NCBI GenBank assembly: GCA_012295275.1
Contig: CM022667.1
Span: 14,384,001 to 14,448,000 of the forward strand
Source of the DNA: Chrysomallon squamiferum
Lineage: Eukaryota > Animalia > Mollusca
Direction: 5' to 3'
DNA length: 64,000 bases
Below the pieces are notes generated by a model. That model saw nothing but the letters and a program-made list of their open reading frames with translations, ran no database searches and was not told the DNA's origin. Shown piece by piece: positions 41,342-55,300 of this stretch. Position 1 is the stretch's first letter; each line of letters begins with the position of its first letter. The position numbers and the translations under genes are program-made.

Positions 41342-43849
41342 TTCATACATACATATATAATTATTGTGAAAATAATAACGATCATAGTTAATAAGATTTT
41401 TGTAGTTTGAAACTTAAATGTTTTTCCATTATTTTTATTTGACTTATTTGGGCATGTGTATATATCAAGGATAGACAGTCACAAGTCTTGAATAACAATA
41501 AACTATAGAAAATCATTTTTTTTAAATAGCATAGTTGTAATAATGTAATCAGAGGTTTGTCATAAAATTTATATGAAAACGTATAATTATAAAAATGTAC
41601 AGAGTTTACTTCGAGACATATTTTATTTATTATTTCTATATTTCCATTTCAGGAAGTATGCAAGCATTTTGCTTATGGAACATATACAGATGGAATGCCA
41701 GACAGGCCTGAACTTCCCAAAGGAGGCACCATTGACAATGTTTTAGCAATTCCAGTTAAACCCAGTTCTAAAGCTAAAATACACTGGTTTTACTGCCCTA
41801 CACAAGAAGACCTTCAGTAAGTCTTGGTTATTTTTTATTTAATTATTCGGTATGAATTACAGTATAATTTTGTTTTCAAAAGGACATTAAATTAGTATTA
41901 TTTAATATAGTACAAGAAACAATAAACAAAAACAAAAAAGAAGTAATTGTATTTTTTTATTTTAAAAATTATACAGTATGAAAGAAATATTCAATAAATT
42001 AATTACAACAGAATATTGTAAGTTTTCTAAAGGTGTGTATTTGTGTGTGTTTAATAGCTGATTCAAGGACCTGTTTAGTACTAAAACTGTTGTAATAAAT
42101 ATGTTTTAATTTTGTTTTTAAAGTTCATGGATGAATGCCATTTGCAGTACAGTGAGTATAATTAAAACAGATTTACTCTTGGCACTGATTCTATGTAGAC
42201 AGGCCAGTGTGTACCTAGGAATGATTGAATAGGCATGTGTTTGTAGGCTGGTGGACACACAATGAGGAAACTATGCAGTGATAATAATACTAATAATAGC
42301 AATAGTGTTAACAATGTATATGTACAGGTCTATTATGGACTAAGTTATTTCTATATAGTACCCTGGGAAAAACTGGAATAGATGATTACAGTTATTTTTA
42401 TTTTTTTTGAGTGTATATCCAAAAGTACAGAAAGTTAAAAAAGTGAATTTCAGGTAAAATATATTTTAATAACTATAATATGTTACAATGAAAATTCTTA
42501 TGCAGATCAATTATTAGTATCATTATAATCATCATCATCATCATGATCATCATTATCATTATCATAATCATCATGATCATCATTATCATTGTTATCATCA
42601 TCATCATCATCATCGTTATTATGATTATTATGATAGCAGCGTTGTGAAAAAATTCTGGTTTATTTCTAGCTTCCATCACCCAAGACAAACTCATCAGCAG
42701 CACCACAAGCTGCACCGTCAGCACCACCCTCAGCACCACCACCAGCAAACATGGGTGCACCAATAGAAGCACAGAAATCTGTGAGCACATCGGCTCTGCC
42801 CCCGTACCCTGCTGGGCCAGCCCAACCCACTCCCGGAGGAATCGGATTTGTGGGCTTTGAAGGTAGCAGGAGGCATGGTGTGGGTGTGTGTGTGTGTGTG
42901 TGTGTTTGTTTGTGTGGGTGTGTAGGTGGGTGTGGGTGTGCTGATAGTTAGTTGTTTTTGTTTGAGTTTTGGAAAAGGTGTTGTTATTGTTTGATGGAAA
43001 GAATGTACGTTTGTGTTGATCAAGTCCATGAGTCTATGAATTCATATGTTTATCTCTGTTTGTATTTAAGTGAATAGGTGTGTGTGTGTGTGTGTGTGCG
43101 TGTGTGTGTGCATGTGTGTGCATGCACGTGCCTATGTTTATGTGAAAGAGAATGCAGGTGTATGTATTAGTGTAAGCTTTGTTTGTTTGTGAAAAACAGG
43201 GTGGAAATAACAAAGTACAAATGTGTTAGTGTGTGTGTATTTATATATACCAAAATGAATCTCTTTTCCAGTCTGTACATATTAACTTTTAGTAATCATT
43301 TCCTAATTAACTTTTTATTTTTTTTATTTCACAATTTTTTTTTTAATATCCAGGTGCTCTCCCTCAGACTACATCTCAACCCACTTACGCAGCTCCACCT
43401 CCTCCAGCTTACCCAGGATATGGACCTGCACCTCCTCAGCAAGGTTACCCACAGGCCTATCAGCAGTATCCACCAGCCCCACCCCAGTACAATCAGAATC
43501 CGTACCCACGTCAGCAGTACTACCCACAACAGGCTAGGCCAGCGTATCCACAGCAACAGTATGCCCCACCTCCACAGGGATACGCCCAACCTGGTATGTT
43601 TGTGTCAGACAGACAGACAGATAAATATATAGACAGTTATGGATGGACAGACAGACTAATAGAGATATAGATAAATAAACAGACAAACAGATTGTGTTTA
43701 ATATTGTGCATATTTTCTTTTTCAAACAACCAGCTGTGTTAGTTTTAGGACTAGTATTTTAACATTAATTATTATTAGAATTGTTACTGAATCGTGATGA
43801 ATGTTTTTATATAAAACTGATATATATTTTTTTATCATTTTTTAAATAA

Positions 43850-43895
<46 letters not shown>

Positions 43896-44399
43896 TATTT
43901 ATTTTTGTTTGCCTGTTTCTTTTAGGTTACGCACAGCAGTACCCAGGATATCAGCCTAATTACGCACCTGGTTATGCCCCACCTGGATACACCCAGCAAC
44001 CAAATGTTGTGTATGTCAACCAACACAAAAGTGGTGGTGGTATACTTGGTTCAAATACTGGGAAGACAGCTGCTGGTATGTTGTTTATTTTGTCATTATT
44101 ATTAGTAGTAGTGGTAGTAATAATAGTAAAGTAGTAGTAGTAATAATACTAATAACAGTACTATAGTAGTTCTTATTCTAATTGTCATTTTTTTTATCTT
44201 TTAATAATCAGTGTCACATTTTTTTCTTTTTTTTTTTTTGATTTTTTATTCAACTTTTTGTCCTAGTTTTGTTTTACTGTTATTATTAGTAGCAGTTGTA
44301 GTAGTATTGTTTTGTTATTTTAATCATTATTATTTGTTATAGTAGTCACAGTAGTAGTAGTAGAACAACTAGCTGCAGCAGTAGTAGTACTATTGGTAA

Positions 44400-44447
<48 letters not shown>

Positions 44448-44944
44448 CACTACAACTATTGCTTTTTCTATTTTATTAATATTTATACTTCCACCAATGC
44501 CTCGTTGATATTATTAATTGTTTTTACTGCAGATTTAATATCCAGTATATAGTGTAGTATTTGTTTATTACACACCAGATTCATTTTTGAATTATTTATA
44601 AATCAACATATGTCACTGCTTATTATATATGTATTATATTTTAATTAATTAATTTATTTATTTACTTAACTGCCCACTTACCTACCTACTTATTTTTTTT
44701 TATTTTTTTTTTTTTTATTCATTTTGTATTTTTATATTTATTTTTTTTTTTTATTGTCCATTTAGTTTATTCATTTTTTTTTTTTTTTTTTTTTTCAGCT
44801 CTGATTGGTGGTGCTGCTCTTGGCTATGGAGCCTCAAGGATGATGGGTGGTATGGGTATGATGGGAGGGTGGGGGTGTGGACGGTGGGGTTCCTGGAGCT
44901 CATTTAGTTCTTTCAGTGGTGGGAGCTGGAGCTGGTCAAGTTAA
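40791..44944 (+). CDS. PH-domain, Pro/Tyr/Gln-rich protein, evectin/PLEKHB-like, 8 coding exons, 359 aa
   Basis: Exons 40791-40833, 41179-41294, 41653-41816, 42124-42151, 42670-42862, 43354-43593, 43926-44075, 44799-44944 (1080 nt, in frame). N-terminal PH domain (VVKAGYLKRYSKSFLGEGWNNVWIVL ... SWMNAI), a PPAY/LPPY-containing middle, and a C-terminal AAALIGGAALGYG hydrophobic segment. A probable non-coding first exon ends ~40479 (aag|gtaatt). Confidence 0.78.
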
Positions 44945-47161
44945 AATGTGAATGCTTCAAATTTTAATATTTAAAGTTCTTAAATTTGAAACATTAATAG
45001 TCACACATTTATCTTATTTTATACAGTTTATCCAATTTCTATTTGTTTAATTTTTTTTTTTTCCTTTTTAATATGCAAGAAGAGGTTATTGATAAAACCC
45101 TTAAATGTTGTTGTTGTTTTTTTTTTTTATTAAATGCTGCTTTAGCCTCAGTGTATATAAAATCTTACAATTTGTATTTAAAAATTATTGCTGTATATTT
45201 TTGCTTAGTATTTAAAGTGTACTTATAGTCATAAATTCAGAAAATTAGGTAAATACTTCCACATTTTGGATGATAAGCCTGTGTGAATGCTTTACATCTA
45301 CTGAAATGTGAAACAAAATTAATAAATAAAAACAACAATAATAAAAAGAATTCTCAGGACATTATAACTTTTTTTTTTTTTTGGCATTTACTTTTTGTTT
45401 TAATATCACTTTATTATCATTGTCAAAGGTTGATCACTAGATGCAGATAAAATAATAACATGGATCTGTACAAAGTTTGTTACTGACAGTTTTACTTTAT
45501 TTTTAAATTATTTGTTGCATGGAGTCATAGTATTTCTCAAACATTTTTATGTTTAAGTTCTGTTAATAGTGGAATAGCATCATAATGTGAGAAATAACTT
45601 CTAACAATTCAGCTGTATGATATAGAGGGGCACAGACTAAGGTAACTGAAAGAAAAATAGGGCTACAGTATTATGATATTATTTTTTACAAATTGTTCAA
45701 TAATAGTAATTTTGATACTCATAAAAATTCTGTGGGGATTTTTGTGTGGTTTTTTTAAAATAAAATTTAACAGAATACAGTCACAAAAAGCAATCAATGT
45801 TTTGGTAATTGCTTTATGGTATCTATATATTAAAACTATTTTTAAAGGTTTTTTTTCAATTATTTTTTTATTTATTTATTTATTTATTTATTTAAAACCA
45901 ATATTTGAAAAATAGAGCCAGAAAACTTCAAACAATGATTTCTTAACCATTTGATGTAATGAATATTCATATAATTTTTGAAGTAGTTCAGTGGGATTAT
46001 TTAATTATTGTTATTATTTTTTAATCATTATTTGCTATATATCTATAAACTTATGCAATGTATAGAAAAAAAGAGATTTAGATTTAGGATCACTGCTTTG
46101 ATCTGTTCGTAATTAATTTTTTTTGGTATCCTTTTGTGTTCATTCTGAGAATTCTTGAAATATACTAATTACTTATTTATATAACAGTCATGCCAAAAAT
46201 TGTAGAATTTTCAGTTCTGCTACCTAACTTCTTGTATCTTTATGTAATAAACAAACTATCAGTAAATACTAGGATTCTGTATATTAATATGTAAAACTAA
46301 TGTTTTTTAAAGACTTTTCTTGCATCTGGTTTTTATTATTCCAGATAGATATAGTAAAGATAAAAATGTTTTTAATGTGTATTATATATATCACAATTTT
46401 ACTAAACAACAGTTCTAATTTAAACATTTTTTAACAAAACCACTAATCTGGCATAATATATTTTATTTAAAATTAATTTTGCTTTGACTGTTGACTATTT
46501 GTTTATTTGTTTTGATATTTATTATGTTATTGTTAAAACATATGTACTTATATTACTTTAAAAAATTATCATAATTTAATTTTCTTTGACCCTTCAACAT
46601 AACCTTTTTTTTATTATTGTAGTTTTTAACATAATAATATTAAATTAACCTGAAACAGTGAATGTAATTTGACAGATATTAAGATTTTTTAAATATATGT
46701 ATATATATTTTTAAAATAACATTAAAACATTTTTCTTTAAATATATATTTATTTTTTTTCAAAATAAATGATTTTGAAATACAAGTTCTTTTTCAAAACT
46801 GTTTCTGCAAACAATATATTTCATATTGATTCATTTTTTTTAGTGTATTTTAAAGTAACTTCACCTACCTTAAGTTAGTTAGTGATGACTTTTTGTGTAA
46901 ATATATATAAATATTTATTGTGAATGGATGTACTGTACATAAAAAACGATTGGTGATTGGGGGAACAAATATATTATTATTCTACACTGTACAAATGTGA
47001 ATCAAAAATTATCATTAAATGTTGATGTTTTTCATTCAAAAAAAAAAAAAAAAAAAAAAAAAAAATTATATTATATTATATCACCATAGTGATTCAAAGA
47101 GCTTTAATAGCCTTTTTTAATTTGTAAGACTTTCAGTATATCTGTATTTTTTTCATACCTC

Positions 47162-47197
<36 letters not shown>

Positions 47198-50100
47198 TAC
47201 ACACACACATATACACATTATAGATTCTCAGCATTTTAGTAGCTTTTATTAATTTTTAAGTTTATTTTCACTGTCTCTCTTTCTCATAAAATAGATTAAA
47301 AAAAAATAAAGAAGAAAAAAAATATATATATAATCATGAAAGAAAGAATAGACCAATTTTTAATGAAACTTAATCAGATAATCAGCTGTTTTGGTATTAC
47401 CGTCTCAATTTTTATATGCTTTTTTTTTTGTATAGGTTTTAAGCATCAAAAACATTAATTTTTATTTATGTTTTTAGTTTTCTACATAAAATGTTTTAGT
47501 TTGAAGGATTGTTTTATCAAGTAGTGGTTGGTTTTGTACATTTTTGGTTTACGACTTTTATGTTGATAAAAAGCTTATAAATGAATGTAATTTTTGGTTT
47601 GAATTTTGTTGTTTTATTTTAGTTCTTTTGGAATTTTTGCCATAAAGGAATTTTTCTTAAATAAATCAGATAATCGAAAAACTAAAAAATATTTTTCTTC
47701 CACTCAAATTTTTTCTCATTTAATAAGAAAACAAAAAATTAAAATCGAGTTGATTGTTTTTTTTTTTTTACATTTGCATTTGTTCTTCTATGCTATATTA
47801 ATAGTTAATAAATTTATGTTGATGCATCATTAGTCGAAAGACTTATTTAGTTTATCCATACCAAATGTGGTGGCAACACATGAAAGACTTAGAAGCAGTT
47901 ACCTAATTCACAGAAGTTTGATGTGAAAGTTTGTGAAGAATAATTCTGATACTGATAGTTGTTCATGGTTACAGTTACATATCTACAAGCATTATGGCAC
48001 TGTTGGACCTTACAGATATCTTTAAAATGATTAAGAATTTATGATGAATGCCACTACTACCATTCTTGAAAATTTTCTGATTAGAAACAATCGGCACTTG
48101 GCAATTACAAGTAATAATTCTCAAAGCCAGATCTCCAATACAGAGCTAATGCCTGCTGTAGTGATGAAAATAAAAAATTATTATTTACGTTTTTCTTAAA
48201 ATAAGTTTGTTTAATTTTAATAAAGTGCATTTTCTATCATTTTTCTTGGTCAAGATCAATACCAGGGTATTGTCTACTTTTACCATAGGATGATATACAA
48301 TAAATATTGTGTAAAAAGTTTGTTCATTATATTATTCCATTCCAGTTATATGGAATGAACAAAATTTGAAATATTACATTTTATTAGCAACAAAATGATT
48401 TTTGTGCAATAACTATTTCATACAGAAGAGAAAACACTGCTGCACCAACTACTTTAATCAATTAATGGCAAGTAATCTTTGTAATCTTTCTTCTGTAGTT
48501 TTCATATACTGTGAGTATATGCCATGGCAAATGATAAATCAGTTTGGCTTCAAGTGATGGCCGACAGTGACAAACTATAAGTAAACAAATAATTAAAGAT
48601 GCTTCTTTTATTTTAACCTAATAAAGAAAAACGAGTCACAATATATAGAAATTTATTTTATTAATATTATATCACATCTGTACATTTCTTTTTATTTCCC
48701 AACCCCACCCCATCCAGTCTAAAAACAAATTTAAAAAGTGACATTTAAAAGTGACTGTATAAAATATTAAAGTGAGCTTACAACAATGATTTAAAAAATG
48801 AGGTAATACAAATATTTAAAAAAAAAATAATAATAATAAATAAATAAATAAATAAAATAATTAAATACATATTACTATGTGGGCACAAGAAGCTTATGCA
48901 GTATTAAAACAAAAAACAAATATTTTCTTGGACTTGACTATCACACTGACTTCATAAAACATTCCTGGCTTGTAACATCTTCTATTTGGCAGAATACAAG
49001 AGAAAATAATATAAAAAAAAAAAAAAAAGAAGGATAATGAATAGTAAAAATAGGAAAATTCACAGCCATAGAAGTTGTGGTCTGAATGAAACAAGCACAT
49101 TAAAATGAAACAAATCCGGAATATATGGCAACATTATTTTGCTAGATACTCTATCAGACATTATATATTATACACTGATAATTTACTGATGCATAATAGC
49201 CAAAAAACAAGCATCAGTAACTTAAAATTTGTGAAACGTTTTTCTCTTTTAATCTTAATTCTGTATTTATGGATTCCAATCTTCAAATTTAATAAATTTT
49301 ACTGCTTCTTATTTATTAAGTATTATTAATATATTTACAATATAAAAATATATATTCTGAACTTTAATCTGTTAAATATGTTTTGGTAAACTCACTGTAT
49401 GATACACAAGGATCTTAAAATTTATATAAAATAAAGGTTAAATATGAAGATCTGCATTCAGCCTTGGTAAGAAGATCTAACGACTACAGCAAAGTAAACT
49501 GAACATAAATTATCAGTAACAATTTTTTCACATACTAAAATACTACAGATAAAATGAATTTAAATGCATGATGAATATTTATTAACCCACATGTGAATCC
49601 TCCCATGCAAAAACAAAATAAATAAGAAAATACTGAATAATAAATACACGTTTATAGAAAAATGATGTGACAAGATTTAAGCATTCTGAAATGAATGCTG
49701 ACAATATACATATATCAGAATACATCTTGAAAGCAAAAATTTTCTTTCCTCAGACAAAATACTGTTTAATATTAGTAAATTACATTTTATATAAATAATG
49801 CATGAAAAATAAATGTAAATTATTTTACATGCTTGTGCGAGTGCATGTGTACACGTATGTTTTCTCTTTGCTGTTTTTTTAATTTTGAGTTTAATAAATC
49901 TAAATCCATTTTACATTCTTTTTCTGTAGTTAAAATTTATTTATTTTATTATACCTTCATTTTTATTTTAATATTTAAATAAAATATATAATAATAATAA
50001 AAATAAAAATAAAATATGGAATGTCAACTATTAATATAATAATAGATATAATTCTGTTATTTATTACTTTTTAATATTTTCATTACAAATCTGCATTTAA

Positions 50101-52326
50101 AATAATAAAATGTTTCACTATTTTATCAGTTTAAGAAAATATAAACTGAATGCCAACCCTTAACCAATCAATACGTCTACAAATAAATTTGTTCTACCTT
50201 TATCTACATTACTCCATTCCCTTTCCCATTATTCTAATCAAAAAAACCCAAACATAATAAATAAATAAATAAAAGTATAATAATAACTGTTCAAAAGTAA
50301 GTTAAACATAACTTTATGTATGTATATAAAATCATTATTCAAAATTATAAAATGATAGTTATAGTTACACAGATCCCAGGACATTTAAAATCACCGGATT
50401 GGATCTTTGGTTTGATACAGAAAGGAAATTAAAAATTTTAAAATTATTCAATCATTATTCCAACCACCAAGATTTTTTTCTAAAAAGAAGTGCACAATTA
50501 TTATTATTATTATTATTTTGTTTTTTGGAAACGTTTTGTGATAGAACTTATCTTTAATTACTTTTGCTGAAATAGAGAATTTTCAAGCATTCACTTAAAA
50601 TAAGTAAATAAACAAAATAAATAAACAAAAAATTAAGAACTTACAAAAAAGAACAGCCATTAAAGATATGTAATTAGACAAAATGAGAAACTAAATTGTT
50701 AATTTCACCATTTTCTAGAAACTCATTTGAATACAGCCAAGTTAAAAAAAAAAAACCAGACTAACTATAGTATGAAAAAAACATTACAGCTACAACTTTT
50801 GACAAAACTATACACACTCAATACAAAAAAATATTAAAAAAATATTTTAAAAATACTTTCTCAAATAGTCACGAATATGTGGTTTATTTTGACATAAAAA
50901 AAAAACAGTATTTTAAAATTTCACCAATAACATTCAAGTTTCAAACAAAGCAAATTCTTATTTCATTGAATCAAAACTGAAACATGACATGACTTCTGGT
51001 TGTAGTTAATTGGAAAAAAGAAAAAACAAAAATGTTTAATAACAGAATTTAAAAATGTGAGATGACTAGGGTCAGGAAACATTTTCACAATAAAATTTAC
51101 TTCCTTATTACCACTCTTGATATTTTCTTAACTAAAGATAGTGTTAATAAAAGCAAAAATTAAAAATTCATTATCATGTAAAACTGAGAAAATTTCTTAG
51201 ATAAATGTTTATAAAAGGAATTTGTAATATGATTGGGCTGTAAAACAGTACACTTAAGTTGGAAATGTCGCACCAGAACACTGTTTTATTATTAAAATTA
51301 CCACAAACTTAAAAATTAAATAACAGCAAATCAAATACACCCATTACATGTCCAGACGAGTTTACAGTTCACACCTACTTCACTGCAACAAGCTGGGTTT
51401 GATGTACAATGAAACATGATGAAATACGAAGAAAACAGAAAACGTCACCCTACAAATGATCAAAAATAAATTCATGTGCTGGCCTTGAAACAAAGTATAA
51501 TACATATTGCTGAAGTATACACAAACATCTATATACACAGATATGTACAGAAAATGTACAGAGGACATATGATGAACAATATACACACACACAAAGAGAA
51601 AAAAAAAAAAAAGAAAAAACTGCCCTGGTGTAAAAAATATTCAAGTATTTGGCAAGCACTTCTTCATCCTTTGAAGATTTAAAAAAAACCTAATATTTTT
51701 TATTTTTTGAAAATGTTCGGAGATGCTGGCACAAAGCAAAAGAAATTCCACATGCAGATCCATTCCGAAAACTGCACAATAGCTTTTTTCATTAAAAACA
51801 ATTAACATGTTATTTCCAAGAAACCATCATCTTTTGACAAATGCTTGATCACATTCAGAAACACCAGTAACCATGGGTTTAACACATATCTGCCTGTCAT
51901 GAAAGACTAGAAAACATGCTTGCACATTACATTTGTAATTGTTTTTGTCGTTTTTTTTTTGTTTTAAAATAGAGGCAACCTGATCCAAGTACTTGTGTCC
52001 TAACAATAAAATCACTTCATTCCATTCTCCTGGGATAATTTCACAACTAGGACATGTTTTCCACATGTAACTTATACACTGCAAATTCCAAACACAAATC
52101 TGTCCAAATTTAAAAAAGAACAAAACTTGATTTTTTTTTGTTTTTTTTTTATATTGTTTCTCATCTCTTGTCCACATTTGATCTGTAAGTAAACAGTGAA
52201 CAAGTCCCAAGTGAACAAAAAAAAAAAAAAACTGACTCACAAAACAGCGTATCTTCACAATGTGTTAAAACTGAGGAAAACGAAATAAGTGACTGTTTGC
52301 TTTGTTGTAGATTATTTTTGCTGTGA

Positions 52327-55300
52327 TTAAATGTTTCTGTCTGCTGAAAGTTGCGTCACGTAGTGTAGGACTGCTGTAGGCTGAGATTTGTCTTCTGATA
52401 CAAGCATAGACACCGTCTTTTTCCAGTACGAGAAACTAATTCTTGAACTCTGAGGGTAAAAAAAAAATAATTAAAAAAATGTAATAAAAATTAGAAAATA
52501 AATATTTCCTGTATGATAAACTAATTCCTGAACTTTGGGGATGTTGGTGAATAAAAATAAGAAAGGAAGTTATGCACTTCAAATTCAACTGAAAGTAAAC
52601 AGAACTTTTCTAAATGGAATTAAATTTTTGAATGTGATTAAAACTAAAAGATGTCTGTGTTTTAGAACATACATGAATGCAGGTTGTTACCTACCTAAAC
52701 TTAAACAATTTTTTTTCAAAGTATGAGAGAATTTTAACAAATATTTTACATATTATTTATCCTGTTTGCTCAAAGCTATGTTTATACATTAAGTCTGAGA
52801 TAGTCAAAATGTAGTATAAAACTGGGTTCAAGACCAACATTCAAAACTACATATTATCTCCTTACTTTTTCCAAGGCACTGCAGTCTTTGTCTTTGTGAA
52901 GATAATGATCCTGCCAAAATATTAATAGATCTCTGCAAAAAAAAAAAAATTAAAATAATAAATAATAATACAAATAAAGTAATGTTGTAGAAGATGTATC
53001 TTAACCCTTAACATACAAATACAAAACCTAGTTCCCAATTTAAAAAATTAAATAACTAAAAATAAATAGTTTAAAATAAGGAAAAGAGTAACATCTACAA
53101 CATTTTTACTTTTACTGACATTTCTTCTAAATCCAATAAACACACATTCTGTTGGGAAATGAAAAGTGTAAAATTCATGTTTTGCTCATTTAGTTGTGTT
53201 TTTTCACCTGAAGTTTTGCATAATTGAGCTGGAACCATGCACGTCCATGAGGTCGTCCTTTTCACGTCGCAGTGCTTCCAGATATTTTGGAAGTTGATTC
53301 TTTTGATTGGCAAACATGAGAAACACTAGGGTTGTGTTCAGACAACTGACGTTCTCCTAAAACAGGCAAATTAAATAAATATTATTTGCCTATCCAATAA
53401 AAGTGTGAAACAAAAAGGAAAAATAAGGCAAATAACATGTTGAACCCAAAAAAAGTTTAAACAGACATTTATGGACCTTTATAGTACTTTTATGAACCTC
53501 CTGAATGTGAAGATCAGGAAAAGATGACATGCTATCCAGTCTGAGTGGTGGAAAATGAACAAAACTGATACTTCTTCACAGACAAGGGCAGGAATCTCAG
53601 ACCTTGGCACAAAATACATTTCTAAAATATATCTTCTTCCACAAAATACTTATGTGGACAAAACGAAGAAAATTAAATCTGGATAATCACCAAAATTTGT
53701 TTCTTTAACGAGTTTTTCTTCTTTTAAACGCATTTTGAAAAAAGTCAACAATATTTTAGGTAATTAGATAATTTTGAAATATTGGGTTTCAGAGATGTGT
53801 TAAAACCATACATCAAAACTATGAATCATATCCTTAAAAAAAAAAAAGATAAAATACATTTCAATAAAAGAGAATTTTCACTGAATTATCTATGAAGATC
53901 TCACAATTAGGTACCACCCATAAAGCATGTATAAATAAACAGAACATGATTTACTAAGGATTGTTAGATAAAAAGGAATGTACAACAAGATAAGAAACAA
54001 ATACATGCAGACATGGTTACAAAACTCACTTGTGTCAGATTCTGAACATTGATGATATTGATCAGTTTATAAAGGTATTCAAGCTGTCTGTCAAAATCTG
54101 AAATATACTTTAACAACTTGCTGTCCTTTTTGGCATATTCTGTAAAAAAAAAAACAACAAAATATAGATAATGTAAACAAAAAGCAATAGAATTTGTGCA
54201 TTAACTGAAATGTACTGTGCTTCAGCTTTTCAAAGTAAGACTTACTAACAGTCTGTATACTAGCAATATAAGCAAATTAAAGTATACAATAAAACAAAAT
54301 TAAAAAATGAATTCAACAGTGCAGTAACTCTATGAAACTGAATTCTTACTATTTTTTCTTTTGACAAAATATGACCCATTTCAAAAACAAATATTTCACC
54401 CTCGTAACATTACTGTATAAGCAATGTGTAAATAACCATTCTGAAATTGCTTTTTATTGTTTTGTTGTTTTTCTTTATAACTTATTTTCCCCTCACAACA
54501 TTTACTCCAATAGCAATGTGTAAAATGATTTTTGTGATGCCTTTTTATTTTTTTTTTTTGGCAACTTACTCCAATGAAGCATAGATTGCATAGAGAGCAG
54601 AAATCAACATACCAGGTTCACATTTATCTTCAGCAATGAAATGTTCTAGAGACAGAATGAGACTTCTGATAAACATGTTGGAATCAACGAGATTTCTATT
54701 CACTGTCAACACAAACTTGTCAAGCTGAATAAAAAATGAAAGAGTATAATGAAAAGTGAAAAAAATATTAGCTGGCAGCATCGTGTACAAATATTTAAGA
54801 TCTGAAATTTAAGATCTGTTAATAGTAACAGAGACAAAATATACTTGCAGTTAAAATATATGGAGCACTGTTTACAGATAAAAAATAGTCCATACAAGTT
54901 TTATACTTTGTTGCATAGACTCACATTTTCAGGTTTCTTTTGTGTACGATTCCCAAAGGAGAAATGTTAATATTTAACCATTTCCCCTACTCCATCTGTA
55001 ATTTTATGACTTATGTTATTTTTCTTTATTAATGTTATTTATTTATATTATTATTATATTTTAAACCAACCTTGTCCTGAGAAACCAGTATTTCATCAAA
55101 TGTCTTGAAAGCTTCTATGTTGAACTTGACCATCTCCCCTAGCAAGTCAAAACTGCTCTGTAATATTTCCTTGTGGCGTATCTCATGTTCAACAATATTG
55201 GATGCCACATGCTGGAATATGAAGTTAATGAATAACTCAATATTATTTGCAAATATAACTTGTAAAGAATTTTTTTTAATTACTATTATTAATTTTTTTT

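Noticed and set aside
44945-52326. Hidden gene in the 7 kb AT-rich gap between converging genes
   Set aside because: Only low-complexity F/I/K-rich ORFs with no splice-consistent coding signal; most likely long 3' UTRs and intergenic DNA.
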